Below are positions 13,470 through 26,964 of a stretch of 64,000 bases of DNA, one piece after another. The translations under genes were made by a program, and so were the position numbers. The notes below the pieces were generated by a model. The model searched no databases. It was given only the letters and a program-made list of their open reading frames with translations, and was not told the DNA's origin. Where the stretch lies: contig NC_042997.1 in NCBI RefSeq assembly GCF_006345805.1, positions 175,088,001 through 175,152,000 on the forward strand, written 5' to 3'. Origin of the DNA: Octopus sinensis. Taxonomy: Eukaryota. Positions within the stretch are counted from its first letter, which is position 1; every line of letters begins with the position of its first letter.

Positions 13470-14712
13470 TTCTCCCCTTTACTGCTCATTCTTATGTATG
13501 TGTGTGCTCATGCACACACAGGCACAAACCAAATAATTGCATTATTGTTCATTTATTTTCCCAACAATGGTGAAGCCTTCGCTGAAAATATTCATTTGAT
13601 ATTACCCACTCCGCTGTTATATTTCTTCAAAACAGTAAATACGCATTGATGACCTTGTGTTAATATAAGTAATTATTATTAATATACGGAGGTCATTTCA
13701 GTAGGAGTATAACGCTCCTGAAAAAACAGTTTTTGATCTCGGTCAAAGTTATTTTCGTTCACATTGGTAGTTAATGTCTTTGAGAAAAGCATAAACTTCA
13801 CACTGGATACCTTCATATAGAATACCACATATTTGAGATATGTACTGGGTAAGTATAATCTGTCCTAATGTATTAGCGGAGCATGGACGAGACAGTTGCT
13901 CGTTAGTTTTCTGCAAAACACATCACAGATTTCATGCATGTTTGTAGACATAAAAATTATCAATTCCTCATCTATTAATGTGTAACCTCATACACAGACA
14001 ATTGCGTATATATATATATATATATAGATATGAGCATGTGCTTAATTTATAGATTGGAATTCCAACAGTTCCAGTGAAAGCTAATATAATAATGTGCATT
14101 CACAAATATGATAAGGAAAAAAAAGTTATATGAAACACAGACATTCATACCTCAGACATTCATACACAGAATCACTCAGAAATTACGATGTAATCTCGAA
14201 CATCGCCGTGCATCACTGACCAACCGTGATTATAATTATGAAAGAAAAGTAATCTTGTACGAAATATTCTGTTATAGAAAATCGCAATAACGAGCGATAT
14301 AACGTTGCTTTTATTAAATCCAGGTTGTATTGTCGATAAAACAGTGTGTGGGACGAATGGCTAAAAACGGTAGGGTACTGGACTGAAAGAGTTGTAGTAT
14401 TCAATTACGTTTCATAATGTTTGGAATTTATATTCGATATAAATCTATATAGCAGGAATGTACTGAGACGGATGTATGAATAACCAACCCTTCTTAACAA
14501 TGTCTAGCTCTGTGCTAATCAATGAACACAATGCTAGTCGATGTGGAGTGCAAGTAATCTTCCAGTGTTTCCCGTCCTAAGAGCAACTTTCCGCTCTCGT
14601 TGGGAAGTTTCACTATCTTTCATTCATTAATGCCATTAAATAAAAAAAGGTATGAATGTCAAAATTTCTTGCCTTTCTTGTTGAGCATCTCAGATTTGTG
14701 CTTATATATACA

Positions 14713-14945
14713 AAGGCGGCGAGCTGGCAGAAACGTTAGCACGCCGAGCGAAATGCTTAGCAGTATTTCGTCTGCCATTACGTTCTGAGTTCAAATTCCG
14801 CCAAGGTCAACTTTGCCTTTCATCCTTTTGGGGTCGATTAAATAAGTACCAGTTACGCACTGGGGTCGATGCAATCAGCTTAATCCCTTTGTCTGTCCTT
14901 GTTTGTCCCCTCTATGTTTAGCCCCTAGTGGGCAGTAAAGAAATA
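14713..14945 (+). mobile_element. SINE family B monomer
   Basis: AAGGCGGCGAGCTGGCAGAAACGTTAGC head, B box GAGTTCAAATTCC, core CTTTCATCCTTT.GGGGTCGAT..AATAAGTACCAG, tail AGTAAAGAAATA. Confidence 0.9.
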
Positions 14946-14990
14946 TATATATACAAAAAAAATCTAATTCTTCCAGACGATGGTCAGTAA

Positions 14991-15209
14991 AGTGAGAGAA
15001 ACTGTAGGCTGTTGCACAAATCCTAGAAACAACTTAGTTATTCCCCTTGTAGACGGTTAACTGGGTCTTAACATAACATGTTTAGGCACAGTTCAAATTT
15101 TGGCACAAAGCCAGCAAGTAAAGCGACAGAAACTGTAGACTGTTGCACGAATGCTAGAAAAAACTTAGTTATTCTCCTTGTAGACGGTTAACTGTGCCGA
15201 AACATAACA
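14991..15209. repeat. 131-bp-period imperfect tandem duplication
   Basis: GAAACTGTAG(G/A)CTGTTGCAC...CTTAGTTATTC.CCTTGTAGACGGTTAACTG...AACATAACA starts at 14998 and 15129. Confidence 0.85.
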
Positions 15210-15235
15210 AGCTATCAACGAGGTGGACTAGTTAA

Positions 15236-15439
15236 CCTTTTAGCATTCAGATTACTCTGTCTAATGTAATGCATATTCATTCACATTTCATTATCTTGTA
15301 GCTCCGAGATTTCTACGATGCGATTGTTTATTTTTATAACAAAATTGCAAGGTAAGTGTTAGAGACCAAATCTGACGGGTTTAAGCGTAAAATAGGTTGA
15401 AAATTTAGGCCTGATATGGCCGGTTTCAATGTTAAAGGG
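15236..15439. mobile_element. piggyBac-type MITE (decayed)
   Basis: TTAA|CCTTTTAGCATT at the left end and AATGTTAAAGGG at the right end form an imperfect TIR. The right TTAA is not preserved. Confidence 0.55.
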
Positions 15440-15445
15440 CTACAG

Positions 15446-15592
15446 CAGCCATGAGCAAACTGCGGCCCACGGGACTTTCTGAATGACATGTCTAACGAAA
15501 AATTGCCTAGAATGCTTTTTAGAAGTGCGTTCTACCAGACGATGAATCGTGTCTCCTGCGACCCGCTTTTCGAAAAAGGCTGCCCATGTCTG
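15446..15592. mobile_element. Old hAT (Charlie-like) MITE
   Basis: CAGCCATGAGCAAACTGCGGCCC ... AAAAAGGCTGCCCATGTCTG, imperfect CAG-initiated TIRs. TSD eroded. Confidence 0.5.
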
Positions 15593-15909
15593 GATTAAAA
15601 GAGGAGTGTCTTTGGCAGTGGATACAGTAAGCTACTTAATCATAACAACTTTGTGGACTGAACTAATAAAGGTTAACGATAAGGAGTGTTTAGCTGTAGA
15701 AGGAGACACGAACTAACAGCGACCCTTGGGTTCATAGTTGACACTCGATTGATAACTGACAATGAAAGAATAAAAGTGCAAAAAATCGCATATTTAATAA
15801 GCATAGAGGAATTAGATTTAATGCTTTTCCTAAGTTCATTTGTGAAGTAAGTCAAGTGATCTGGTAGCATCAGTCGATAAGTGTAATCGTATGATACATA
15901 TTCATTTAA

Positions 15910-16075
15910 AATATTGGTTTCAAGTTTTGACACAAGGCCAGCAAGTTCAGGGAAGGGAGGAAGTCGATTATATTGACTCCGAAAGAATGAAAGGCAAAGA
16001 AGTCGACCTCGGTGGAATTTAAACTCAGAGCGTAAGACGGACAAAATGCCGCAAAGTATTTTGCCCGAAATATAT
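15910..16075 (-). mobile_element. SINE family B, diverged and partly deleted
   Basis: GAAAGGCAAAG..GTCGACCTCGGTGGAATTTAAACTCAG, reverse complement of the family B body. Confidence 0.7.
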
Positions 16076-16789
16076 TTGTATTGCCAACACATACGTGCAT
16101 GCACACACACACACACACACACACACAGGATATATATATACATGGAGATATATATATACAACCAACCAACCAAACACGCAAACACATAAACACATTTTTT
16201 ATCTCACATTACCAGCCAGTACCAACTATTGATCCAGAACGGCAACTCTTAAGAACTGCACTCCCTTGTGACGTTGTTGTTGCTGTTGTTGATGATTATG
16301 ATGAATGATGATGATGATGATGATGACGACGACGACGACGACGACGATGACGATGATGGTGATTATGATGATGATGATGATAATGTTTATATATACATAT
16401 ATATATATATATATCGTTGCTATTACTACGATAAACTGTCGTATGTCCAAGTTTGGCCAAATGCGGTTTTTTTTTTTTTTCAATATTTATTTTTGTTTGC
16501 AATAGCTGGTTCTTTTGGTCAAGGTATCGTATCTCCAGCTGCTTCATATGCCAAAATATCAAAAATTCTCAAAGTGTAGCACAAGGGTTTTTCTATGGAA
16601 TGGTGAAACTATTTTTCCATTTTCTGAAAAATGCAACGTTTTGGACTTACGACACTTTTGCCTAATAGCAACGATATATATATATATATATATATATATA
16701 CTATATATATATAGATATATATAATATATATATATATATATCTAACTTAATAGCATCACCTGATAGGATTAGCTAATCTTTTTTAAGTC

Positions 16790-17060
16790 AAGTTTTGTGA
16801 TATCACGGCGCCCCTTCGAGTAGGGAGTTCTTGTTGAGTGAGTTGTATCCAGGGAGAGGTGGCTTATCTGGTATTCCTTGAAGAAATTTGTCCAGATTTC
16901 GTTTAAAGGTGATGGGATCATTTCTCTCTTTGATCTTTTTTGGGACAATATTAAATAGGGCAGGGCCTGTTGAGGAAAATAAATTGTGTTGCAGTATATA
17001 TTTACGTGTTGTGATTCTGATTTGGGTAGAGGACACTTGCTACTGCTCAAATGACTCTAA
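16790..17060 (-). mobile_element. 3' fragment of CR1/L2-group LINE ORF2
   Basis: Peptide LFSSTGPALFNIVPKKIKERNDPITFKRNLDKFLQGIPDKPPLPGYNSLNKNSL matches the typical CR1-group C-terminus (LFNxLP..FKxxLDKFLxxIPDxP.xGY..NSL). Confidence 0.7.
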
Positions 17061-17178
17061 CTTAGACTCCGATGTCTTTACAGGGGATGAGTTCCGCGGA
17101 ATAAAGAATGGCTATAGGAGGGATCAAGTTGAGATGACATAAAAACAATTATGCAGATAAACAAATTAGATATCTATA

Positions 17179-17709
17179 TCTATATATATATAAAACTGTA
17201 GTTGTGTGAGTGTCTGTCTCCTACGATTTAGATTCCTAACTCCTCCCACATTTTGCGGTGCAGTTTAACCAAATTCGGGTATCTTATAGTCGTGATTAAT
17301 ATCGAGCCCGTCTAGCTATTAGCGCGCGTCTACGATGAGTCAACGATTTTAAAAATAATTTAATATCATTTTTTTATTCCATTTTAATGCATAATTTTTC
17401 GTGTGTCGATGGCGGCGGAGTTGGCGTCCATGGTCACACCTGCACCTGTGTTTGCTTCTCCCCCTTCTTCCCTCCCCTCGGAAGCTGTGGGGAAGGGAGT
17501 GTAAGGAAATCAACGTCGTAATGCGTTGTCAAGGAGACCAGCGTTCTTTTAGAACAACGACTTCATGGCTTGAAGACCTGAGTCACGATTTAAAAACAAA
17601 TTCATCATTTTTTATTCCATTTTAATGCATTTTTTTGCTATAACTCTCTAAAAATGCTTATATAGTTATTTCCCTTACAAATCCGAGCAACGCCGGGCGA
17701 TACTGCTAG
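17179..17709 (+). mobile_element. Non-autonomous Helitron-type element, family H2
   Basis: A|TCTATATATATATAAAACTGTAGTTGTG start and TCCGAGCAACGCCGGGCGATACTG-CTAG|T end. Internal sequence unrelated to H1. Confidence 0.8.
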
Positions 17710-18012
17710 TATTAAATATAACAGTTTGAGTATGAAATATAAAATATACTTATTTTGTATTTCATACACAAACTCTTATTACATATGTATATATTCTTAT
17801 CTTATATGTATTGAATTTTAATGTATATATGTATGTTATTATGGTTTTCGTTTTGTTAAATAACTAAGTCAACATTCTAATATCCGAAAGCTGATAAACC
17901 AACTAAATTGTTTCTCCATTTTCTTATTTGTAATAGAAATTAATGGTAAAATATTTCTTTACCTTCACCCATTTAATACAATAAGTAAGTTAATTGCATT
18001 GCAATTAAAAAC

Positions 18013-18099
18013 ACTTGTGTATTAATCATTTGGGTATTATACCAACAGTATATTGGATAAGTATTATCCCTTAGTGGGTTGGATCCACAACCCCTAACT
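18013..18099 (+). repeat. Dispersed repeat family E, copy 2
   Basis: Homologous to 6010-6096 and 25527-25611, with (TA)n following at about 18111. Confidence 0.75.
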
Positions 18100-18106
18100 T
18101 ACTTGG

Positions 18107-18157
<51 letters not shown>

Positions 18158-18764
18158 GGAGAGTTATGTAATCACCTTCATTGGATTCCAGCTGGGTTTC
18201 TCTTTATTTTTTTGCTATATGAAACAGTGCACTCAGAGTTGAATGCTTGTTCAACATCCTACTGCTTCCTCGGAGTACGTTCTGTACTTGTACGATGCTT
18301 TATTCTAAAGCATAAACATATTGAGTTCTAACAAGTGGTTAGCAATATCACCATGTCTATGTGAAATCATAATGGGCGTGTATGTATGTATGTATGTATG
18401 TATGTATGTATGTATGTATGTATGTATGTATGTATGTGTGTGTATGTATGTATGTATGTTGGAGAGTGAGAAATTATATAACATTCTTTTACGTATAACT
18501 TCACACATACAAACACGCGCGCACGCGCAAGCACACACTGTTGCAAGTCTGGCCAACTTTCAAATTAATGGCAATACTAGTTAACGTTGCTATAGCAACA
18601 AAACTAGTTAGTAACATTCCAGCAGGTTTCTATATACGCAGAATATACGCAGCTACATACGCGCCCATATGCATACATACATACATACATACATACATAC
18701 ATACACACACACAACATATATATATATACATGCGTGTATATATATATATATTATATATATGTGC

Positions 18765-18818
<54 letters not shown>

Positions 18819-18830
18819 TGTGTAGTGTGT

Positions 18831-18868
<38 letters not shown>

Positions 18869-18926
18869 TATGTATACATATGCAATATATAATATAGTAT
18901 AAATGTTTATGTTTATATATAGATAC

Positions 18927-18968
<42 letters not shown>

Positions 18969-19249
18969 TATATATACATATATAATATGTATGTATATGT
19001 ATATATATCCATATAAATCTCAATGCATTCATAAACATATATATATATTCATAATGTGTAGGAGAGAGAAAGAGAGAGATAGAAAGAAAGAAAGAAAGAA
19101 AAAGTAAAATAGAGAGAGAGAAATACACATACATACACACATGATACATACACCCATCCAACACACACGCGCGCGCGCGTTCACGTTTCATGAATGAAGT
19201 GAGAGTTTCGTGATCTTCTCATTGTTTTTCATTGGTAATGCCAACGTCC

Positions 19250-19265
19250 AGTAATAATAATAATA

Positions 19266-19316
<51 letters not shown>

Positions 19317-19326
19317 TGATGATGAT

Positions 19327-19357
<31 letters not shown>

Positions 19358-19366
19358 AATAGTATT

Positions 19367-19399
<33 letters not shown>

Positions 19400-19420
19400 A
19401 ATAATAATAATAATAATAAT
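19250..19420. repeat. Compound (AAT)n-(GAT)n-(AAC)n-(AAT)n microsatellite
   Basis: Visible triplet runs. Confidence 0.97.
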
Positions 19421-19724
19421 AAACCTTTTTACAATAGGCACAAGGCCTGTAATTTAGGGAAAGGAGTAAGTCGATTACATCGACCCCCCAGAGCTCAAAT
19501 GGTATATTTTTATCGATTGCGAAGAGTCGAAGGGCTAAGAAGCCTTCGATTAGGCTAAATATATTCACTCATATAGTCTGAGATAAACTTTATCTGAAAA
19601 AGGAGGATGGTTTCGATTAGAATATCTCCTTTTCCACGTCTGATCAGGGGTTACACATCTCCTTTATATTCCCATCATCATAAGCACCATCATAATCACC
19701 ATAGTAATTACCATAATTATCATT

Positions 19725-19910
19725 ATCGTTACTGTCGTTTAGCTCTAGGTCAGCTTTCATAGAGCACACTTATGATCAGTCACTCCACCTTCACACACTA
19801 TTCAATGAGGCTTTTATTTTTCAAGACAGTAAGGCGTAATTTGAAGGTTTCTGAGCTGCTATTTCTGGCGGATCGAGCGACCACTAGTGGCTCTTCATTC
19901 GTTCGAAATA
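19725..19910 (+). mobile_element. Old retroposon 3'-end family (TTTAG..C.AGGTCAGC...GAGGGAGATTTGGCTGCTATTTCTAGC)
   Basis: Diverged homologues at about 33440-33640, 39890-40120, 40470-40560, 60130-60330 (minus), 62200-62400 (minus) and 63030-63180. Confidence 0.55.
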
Positions 19911-19912
19911 TC

Positions 19913-20260
19913 CTTTCCTACTCTAGGCACAAGGCCGAAATTTTGGGGGAGAGGGCCAGTCGATTACTTCGACTCCAGTACGCAACTGGTACTTAATTTA
20001 TCGACCCCGAAAGGATGAAAGGCAAAGTACCTCGGCGGAATTTGAACTCAAAACGTAAAAACAGACGAAATACCTATTTCTTTACTACCCACAAGGGGCT
20101 AAACACAGAGAGGGCAAACAAGGACAAACGGATTAAGTCGATTATATCGACCCCAGTGCATAACTGGTACTTATTTAATCGACCCCGAAAGAATGAAAGA
20201 CAAAGTCGACCTCGGCGGAATTTGAACTCAGAACGTAGCGGCAGGCTTAATACCGCTACG
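19913..20260 (-). mobile_element. SINE family B dimer (head truncated)
   Basis: Two bodies joined at AAAGAAATA|GGTATTTCGTC (minus strand). The distal body carries the older CCCCCAAAATTTCGGCCTTGTGCC tail. Confidence 0.85.
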
Positions 20261-20304
20261 CACAAATTCCAAGCCTTGTGTCTATAGTAGAAAGGATTAT
20301 AAAT

Positions 20305-20680
20305 AGGCATGGCTGGATGGTTAAAGAGGTCGCTTTGCAGCCATGTGGCTTCGAGTTCAGTCCCACTGCGCGGCACCTTGGACACGTGTCTTCTACTATA
20401 GCCCCGGACCGAGCAATGCCTTGTCAATGAATGAGGTCAACGGAAACCGTGTGGAATCCTGTAGTATATGAGTGTGTGTGTTTACTCCACTTCATCTTTT
20501 AACAAACGGTGTTAGTTTGCTAACGTCCTCGTAATTTAGCAATTTAACAAAAGAAACCGATACCAGACCTTTAAAAAAATAAGTACAGGGATCAATTTAT
20601 TCGAACAAGATCTTCAGTGTGGTACTCCAGCACAGCCGCAGTGCAAGAACAGAAACCAGTAAAAGATAAAAGATAAAAGC
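20305..20680 (+). mobile_element. SINE family A, diverged
   Basis: GGCATGGCTGGATGGTTAAG...TTCAGTCCCACTGCGCGGCACCTTGG...GTAAAAGATAAAAGA. Confidence 0.75.
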
Positions 20681-21983
20681 TTATTATTCCACCTTTGTGT
20701 GGCTAAGGTAGACCAGGCTTTCTCTATCTGGTGGCTGTATTGATTTCTAACATAAACACATGGCTACAAATTTCGTGGTGGGTATAGTTGTAGTTAACCT
20801 CGTTGTTTACCGTTGTTTCATTTTATCAGCTTCCTCAAGAATAAAAGCCAAAGTCGTCCCGTAACACAGTAATTTCTTTATTAACCATAAGGTTGAGAAA
20901 AAGAGGGGACGATAGGAGGATAGACAAAACAAACATTGGGGTTCAGTGTATAGCGTAGCTATGTTGCAGGTGGGGTACGGGGCGCCCCAGACGATGCTTT
21001 AGGGTCTGCTGTATAAATCTGTATAGGCTTGGGGTTCCCGAGGAGTGGACGGAAAGCCCAAGAGCTACCCAAAAAGGCACGTACTATAGGTACGTCGCAG
21101 TCCTTGCTCGATTTGAACTGAGAAAGTGGAGAGGTGTAACTAAATACCAAATGGCATTAAAAGAGTTAGTATGATGGACGATGGTTGAAATAAAAATTTA
21201 CTAGAAACGGGCTTTTCCTTGTCGAAAAATCTAATAAGCTATTTTTTCATCTGCATACCATTTCTCCCCGCACCCCAAATGCATACCACCCAACATCACC
21301 CCTATCCTGTTGTGTTTCACTCTCCGCATCCTGAACACACAAAACACTTTCCCTCCTAACCTTTCTACTCCGCCGCCAGAGGAACTACTATCAGTTTTCT
21401 CAACGCCCACGTTTTCTATGAAAACATCGATCTAAAGATGTTCAGAATGAACATCGACCGCATCAATATTGTCGCTACATGGCGGAGAGTGCACAGGAAG
21501 TCATAAGCACTGGTCCTCTGATTCCGACTAAATAGTGAAGGAAAGGGTGAATCCTTCAACTGATGTTCTACGTTATCGTTCTGACCCAAGTCAAACGGAA
21601 TGGAATAAATCTATGACCAAAAGCAATCGAGCCATGAACATCTCACAATATTTCCTTTTCTTTTACATCATGAATAATAAACAGAGCATTATCCAACGTA
21701 ATCCCTTTTTTAAGAAGGCAGGAAGTCGTTTGAGGAAAATTTCTATAGTATTTCTATCAAAAACAGAGATCATAAAGAAAGTCTCCGGGTAGTTCTTCCG
21801 GCTCTTCAGTTTATACCTAAAAGGTTAGAATTAGGAAAGGACATAGGCACAGAGCAGCAAATAGCTGGGGGGTTGGATATTCCTGCAACCTCACAAAGTA
21901 ACAGTCCCCCAACATTTATGTTAATTGTAAGAGGGGCAGTTTATATTATATATTTGTACGTGTATGTATATAATATATATGAT

Positions 21984-22017
<34 letters not shown>

Positions 22018-22088
22018 ATATATATAAATCCAATAATAAATCTTGAACGAGGTTATAAACAGTAACTGCACGACAAATATATATACCT

Positions 22089-22123
<35 letters not shown>

Positions 22124-22652
22124 TATAATATATATATATATATATTATAGATATATATAATATATCATTGTTGTATTTTGATTATAACCACCCCATTATG
22201 AATTATATGGATAATACCATACTAAATTCTGGTGCCTTAAACTTAAGCACCATATTCAACTGAATCTAAATTTTTACTGAAATATATATATTATATATAT
22301 AATTATATATATATATATGTATATATGCATGTGTGGTGTGCGTGTGTCGTGTGTGTGTGTGTGTGTGGTGTGTTGTGTGTGTGTGTGTGGTGTGTGTGTG
22401 TGTGTGTGGTGTGTCTGTGTGTCTGTGTGTCTGTGTGTAGGAATCTGTTAATGATTTACACTCCGTTATTTTGTTGCTACTCTGAGTTTCGCGCCATGTG
22501 CTCTCGTTCAGCCAATCATAAATTGGCCCGACAGAGTTACACACAGCGAAACCTTAGAAGCAACGGCTAGGTTCTCAATTGTAGTAAATATAAACTTTAC
22601 ATAATGTATTGAGTACTTTGTCTTTGTAAACAAAAACAAAACGCACATATAT

Positions 22653-22725
<73 letters not shown>

Positions 22726-22739
22726 AGGTGATAGATGAT

Positions 22740-22740
22740 A

Positions 22741-22826
<86 letters not shown>
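22740..22826. repeat. (TAGA)n microsatellite
   Basis: Perfect GATA-type run. Confidence 0.98.
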
Positions 22827-22827
<1 letters not shown>

Positions 22828-23186
22828 TTGACGCATGCTTATATACATATGTGCATTAATAGATATATGTTGTCTTTAGGCAAAGTAAATAAATCACTAT
22901 TATCATAGATCCTAACCGAGATTCTAGACATTAACATTATTTTAACAATTACAGTATAGAAGTTCAAAGTTAATTGATATTAATGAGGAAAAATGAGAAA
23001 AATAAATAACATTACAGTAATATAGAGAAATAAAGTATCTGACACCCAGCTTTTTCTATATCATTATCTCCTTCTGTTTTGGTTTATCATCTTTTTATCT
23101 CTGTTTACTCCCACACACGTACACACCACACATAAATATGCACGATTCTCTCTCTCTCTATCTATCTGTATATATATATAATATAT

Positions 23187-23254
<68 letters not shown>

Positions 23255-23419
23255 TATATGTATAGTATATCTAAATAAATAAATAAATTACATTTATATA
23301 TGTGCGTGTGTGTGTATGTATATGTATATGTATTAGATATATCCTTATGTATGCATATGTGATTAGATATATATATATCAACATTTATGTGTGTGTGTAA
23401 TTATATATATGTATATCTA

Positions 23420-23845
<426 letters not shown>

Positions 23846-23947
23846 ATGTGTGTACGTGTGTAGTCATTAAAAAAAAGCATTATTCCTTATCCCCACTTTT
23901 TTTTTTTTACAAATTACGCCACGAAAAGAAAAAAGTCGGTTACTTAC

Positions 23948-23962
23948 GAATTTAGGAGGCAT
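23948..23962 (-). CDS. Candidate first coding exon segment ATG CCT CCT AAA TTC (MPPKF) followed by GTAAGT donor
   Basis: ATG at 23962-23960 with A at -3, perfect donor at 23947-23942, and upstream Inr-like TCAGTT and (GA)n. No downstream exon identified, so no symbol assigned. Confidence 0.35.
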
Positions 23963-24034
23963 ATTGAGTTAGTTTTAATAAATATATATTTGGTTTCAGG
24001 AAGAAAATAAAAAGTCGGAAAGACTTGTTGCTTG

Positions 24035-24081
24035 CACTGACTGCTGAGCGCCAACTGACAAAATCTAACCAAGTTTTTAGA

Positions 24082-24118
<37 letters not shown>

Positions 24119-24190
24119 TTCCTTCTCCCTCTCTCTCACCACTTTTTTTTCTCACACTCAGTCCCTCGCCCTCTCACTCTCTCAACTTCA
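24035..24190 (-). promoter_or_regulatory. Candidate TATA-less promoter: (GA)n tract plus Inr-like TCAGTT/TCAGTG
   Basis: Minus strand TCAGTT at 24058-24053 and TCAGTG at 24040-24035, about 30 nt downstream of a (GA)n run at about 24089-24113. Confidence 0.3.
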
Positions 24191-24411
24191 GCTTAAAAGT
24201 GTAGTAGAGGCGTAAACGAAACTCACTCACTGGGAACATGCATATATATTCATTCATTCATTCATTTATTTATTTATTTATGCTCCGTTACGTATTGCAG
24301 TGGATGGACGGAATACGGTCACATGCAGGTGGAGGTCATTCAACTGCTTGATTTATTGATTACGATTTGTCGAACAACTACATTACGGAACAGAATGGGG
24401 CAGAATCTATG

Positions 24412-24490
24412 AGGCGCAGGCCTCACTGTGTGGTAAGAAGCTTGCTTCCCAACGACGTGAGCTGCTAGACCAGTGAGGTGCCTGGGCAAC
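24412..24490 (+). mobile_element. SINE family A head fragment
   Basis: GAGGCGCAGG...TGTGTGGTAAGAAGCTTGCTTCCCAAC. Confidence 0.6.
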
Positions 24491-24533
24491 TGCCCTGCGT
24501 GTCCATGCCTCAAGAGGGGCCTGCATGCCTGTG

Positions 24534-24564
<31 letters not shown>

Positions 24565-24592
24565 GTATGAGTCTCCTTCTCTCTCTCTCTAC

Positions 24593-24669
<77 letters not shown>

Positions 24670-25101
24670 AATTTTCAGAATGATGAAATAAAATCCAAGG
24701 CTCTGAAAGATTTTAGAACATTTTAAATATTTACAGCTGTTTCCGGGATATTTTACATATCCCTTAATCGGAGACGGTGTGAGAAAATGGTTAAACAATT
24801 GCTATTTTAGATAAGATATGAAATAGAGAGTGAAGTGGAGGAATGAAAATAGACGTGAGATATGCAAGGATATTGCATCTGTAGATCCATTATTTAGGCA
24901 GAATGGTACACATATAAGATTCCAATACATGTAAGTTCCAATAGTATTTAAAATTGGTCATTTCAAGTACAGAGTTTGTATACAGTGTTATTGAATCGAG
25001 GGTTTTATTTAAAGTGAACCTGGAGCTTAACTATAGTCTGTCCATACCACTTACTCAGCATTACCTGACACCTTTGGGTCTTATTGACACCATTACCCCT
25101 C

Positions 25102-25451
<350 letters not shown>

Positions 25452-25526
25452 TTAATTTACGGTAATATTATTACCTTTACCCATATAATGCAATAGATGA
25501 ACTGATTGTTGACAATTTTTAACATC

Positions 25527-25610
25527 TATGTATTAATTTTGTTGGTACCATCTAGCAGTATATTGGATATATATTATCCCATGGTGGGTTGAATTTTCAA
25601 CCCCTATCTC

Positions 25611-25611
<1 letters not shown>
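25527..25611 (+). repeat. Dispersed repeat family E, copy 3
   Basis: Homologous to the 6010 and 18013 copies, with (TA)n from about 25615. Confidence 0.75.
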
Positions 25612-25646
<35 letters not shown>

Positions 25647-25848
25647 ACACATATATATACATATATATATATGTATATAAATATATATATGTAATTATAT
25701 ATGTAATATATATAGTATATATATATGTATATATATATATGTATATATATATATGTATATATATATCTATATCTGTATTGTATATATATATGTATATATA
25801 TGTATAATATGTATATATATATATATGTATATAATATATGTATATATA

Positions 25849-25893
<45 letters not shown>

Positions 25894-26751
25894 TGGTGTG
25901 TGTGTGTGTGTGGTGTGTGTGTGTGTGTGTGTGTGTGTCTTGCACAGCTGCATCCGATAAAATTGCGAACAGGAGAGCGAAGCCCTATCATCTTCTAGCG
26001 ACAGAACCAGTATAACAATCTTGGTTTCAGGATATTTCAGTCACTCCTTAGTACTGGACACCTCGTCTGCTAGAGATGATAGCAGCTCGCTTCTGTTCGC
26101 AATATATATATTTCAAGCACACACAGATATATACATTTACTGGTATCTGATTCTTGGAAATTTAACCTTATTCTTTTATACTGAGTGCTCATTTGATATC
26201 TGCCAGGATTTTAAAATCTCATTTTTTCTCTTTATATATATATATATAATGTTTTTTTAATTTTTTTTTTAATTGTTTTAATTTTTTTAATTTTCTTCTG
26301 GTTTTTTTAATTTTCTCCTGGTTTACGGAATTACTACTATTTTGCGGTTGAAGCCTTGGCTGTTATTTCTAGTGGGTTGAACGGCCTATTATGGCCGTTC
26401 CTTAATTTGTTGTTGAATTTATTAATAGTCTCTGACTATTTCCTTTTTCTCACTAGACCGCTGGTGGCAAAATAATTTCTGCTGAATTTTTTGCTAGCCT
26501 ATATTGATTAATGTATATATATATACATGTATATACATATATATAAGGCAAGAAAGAAAATGGAGAAGAGATTCAAGTGACAAACATCAGTAAGATTTAT
26601 TTAATATGATCATAGGAATAAATAAATAGATAAATAAATACAACTTATACACTCTTACAGCTGTTTCATGCATACATACACGCACGCACTTATACATGCA
26701 TACATACATGCATACATACATACATAATACATACATACATACATACATACA

Positions 26752-26782
<31 letters not shown>

Positions 26783-26964
26783 GAATATATGGATTCGATT
26801 CCCACGCGTACCACCAATTCCTACTTTTTTCCCCGTCGTGTATTTTCTTTAGCCATGCACGGTGAACGCTTATAATCTTAAACCTTATAATTATTATTTT
26901 TTACAGAATTTTCACTCGTTACCGTTTTTTCATATAATGCTGAGCATATATATATATAGTTAAT

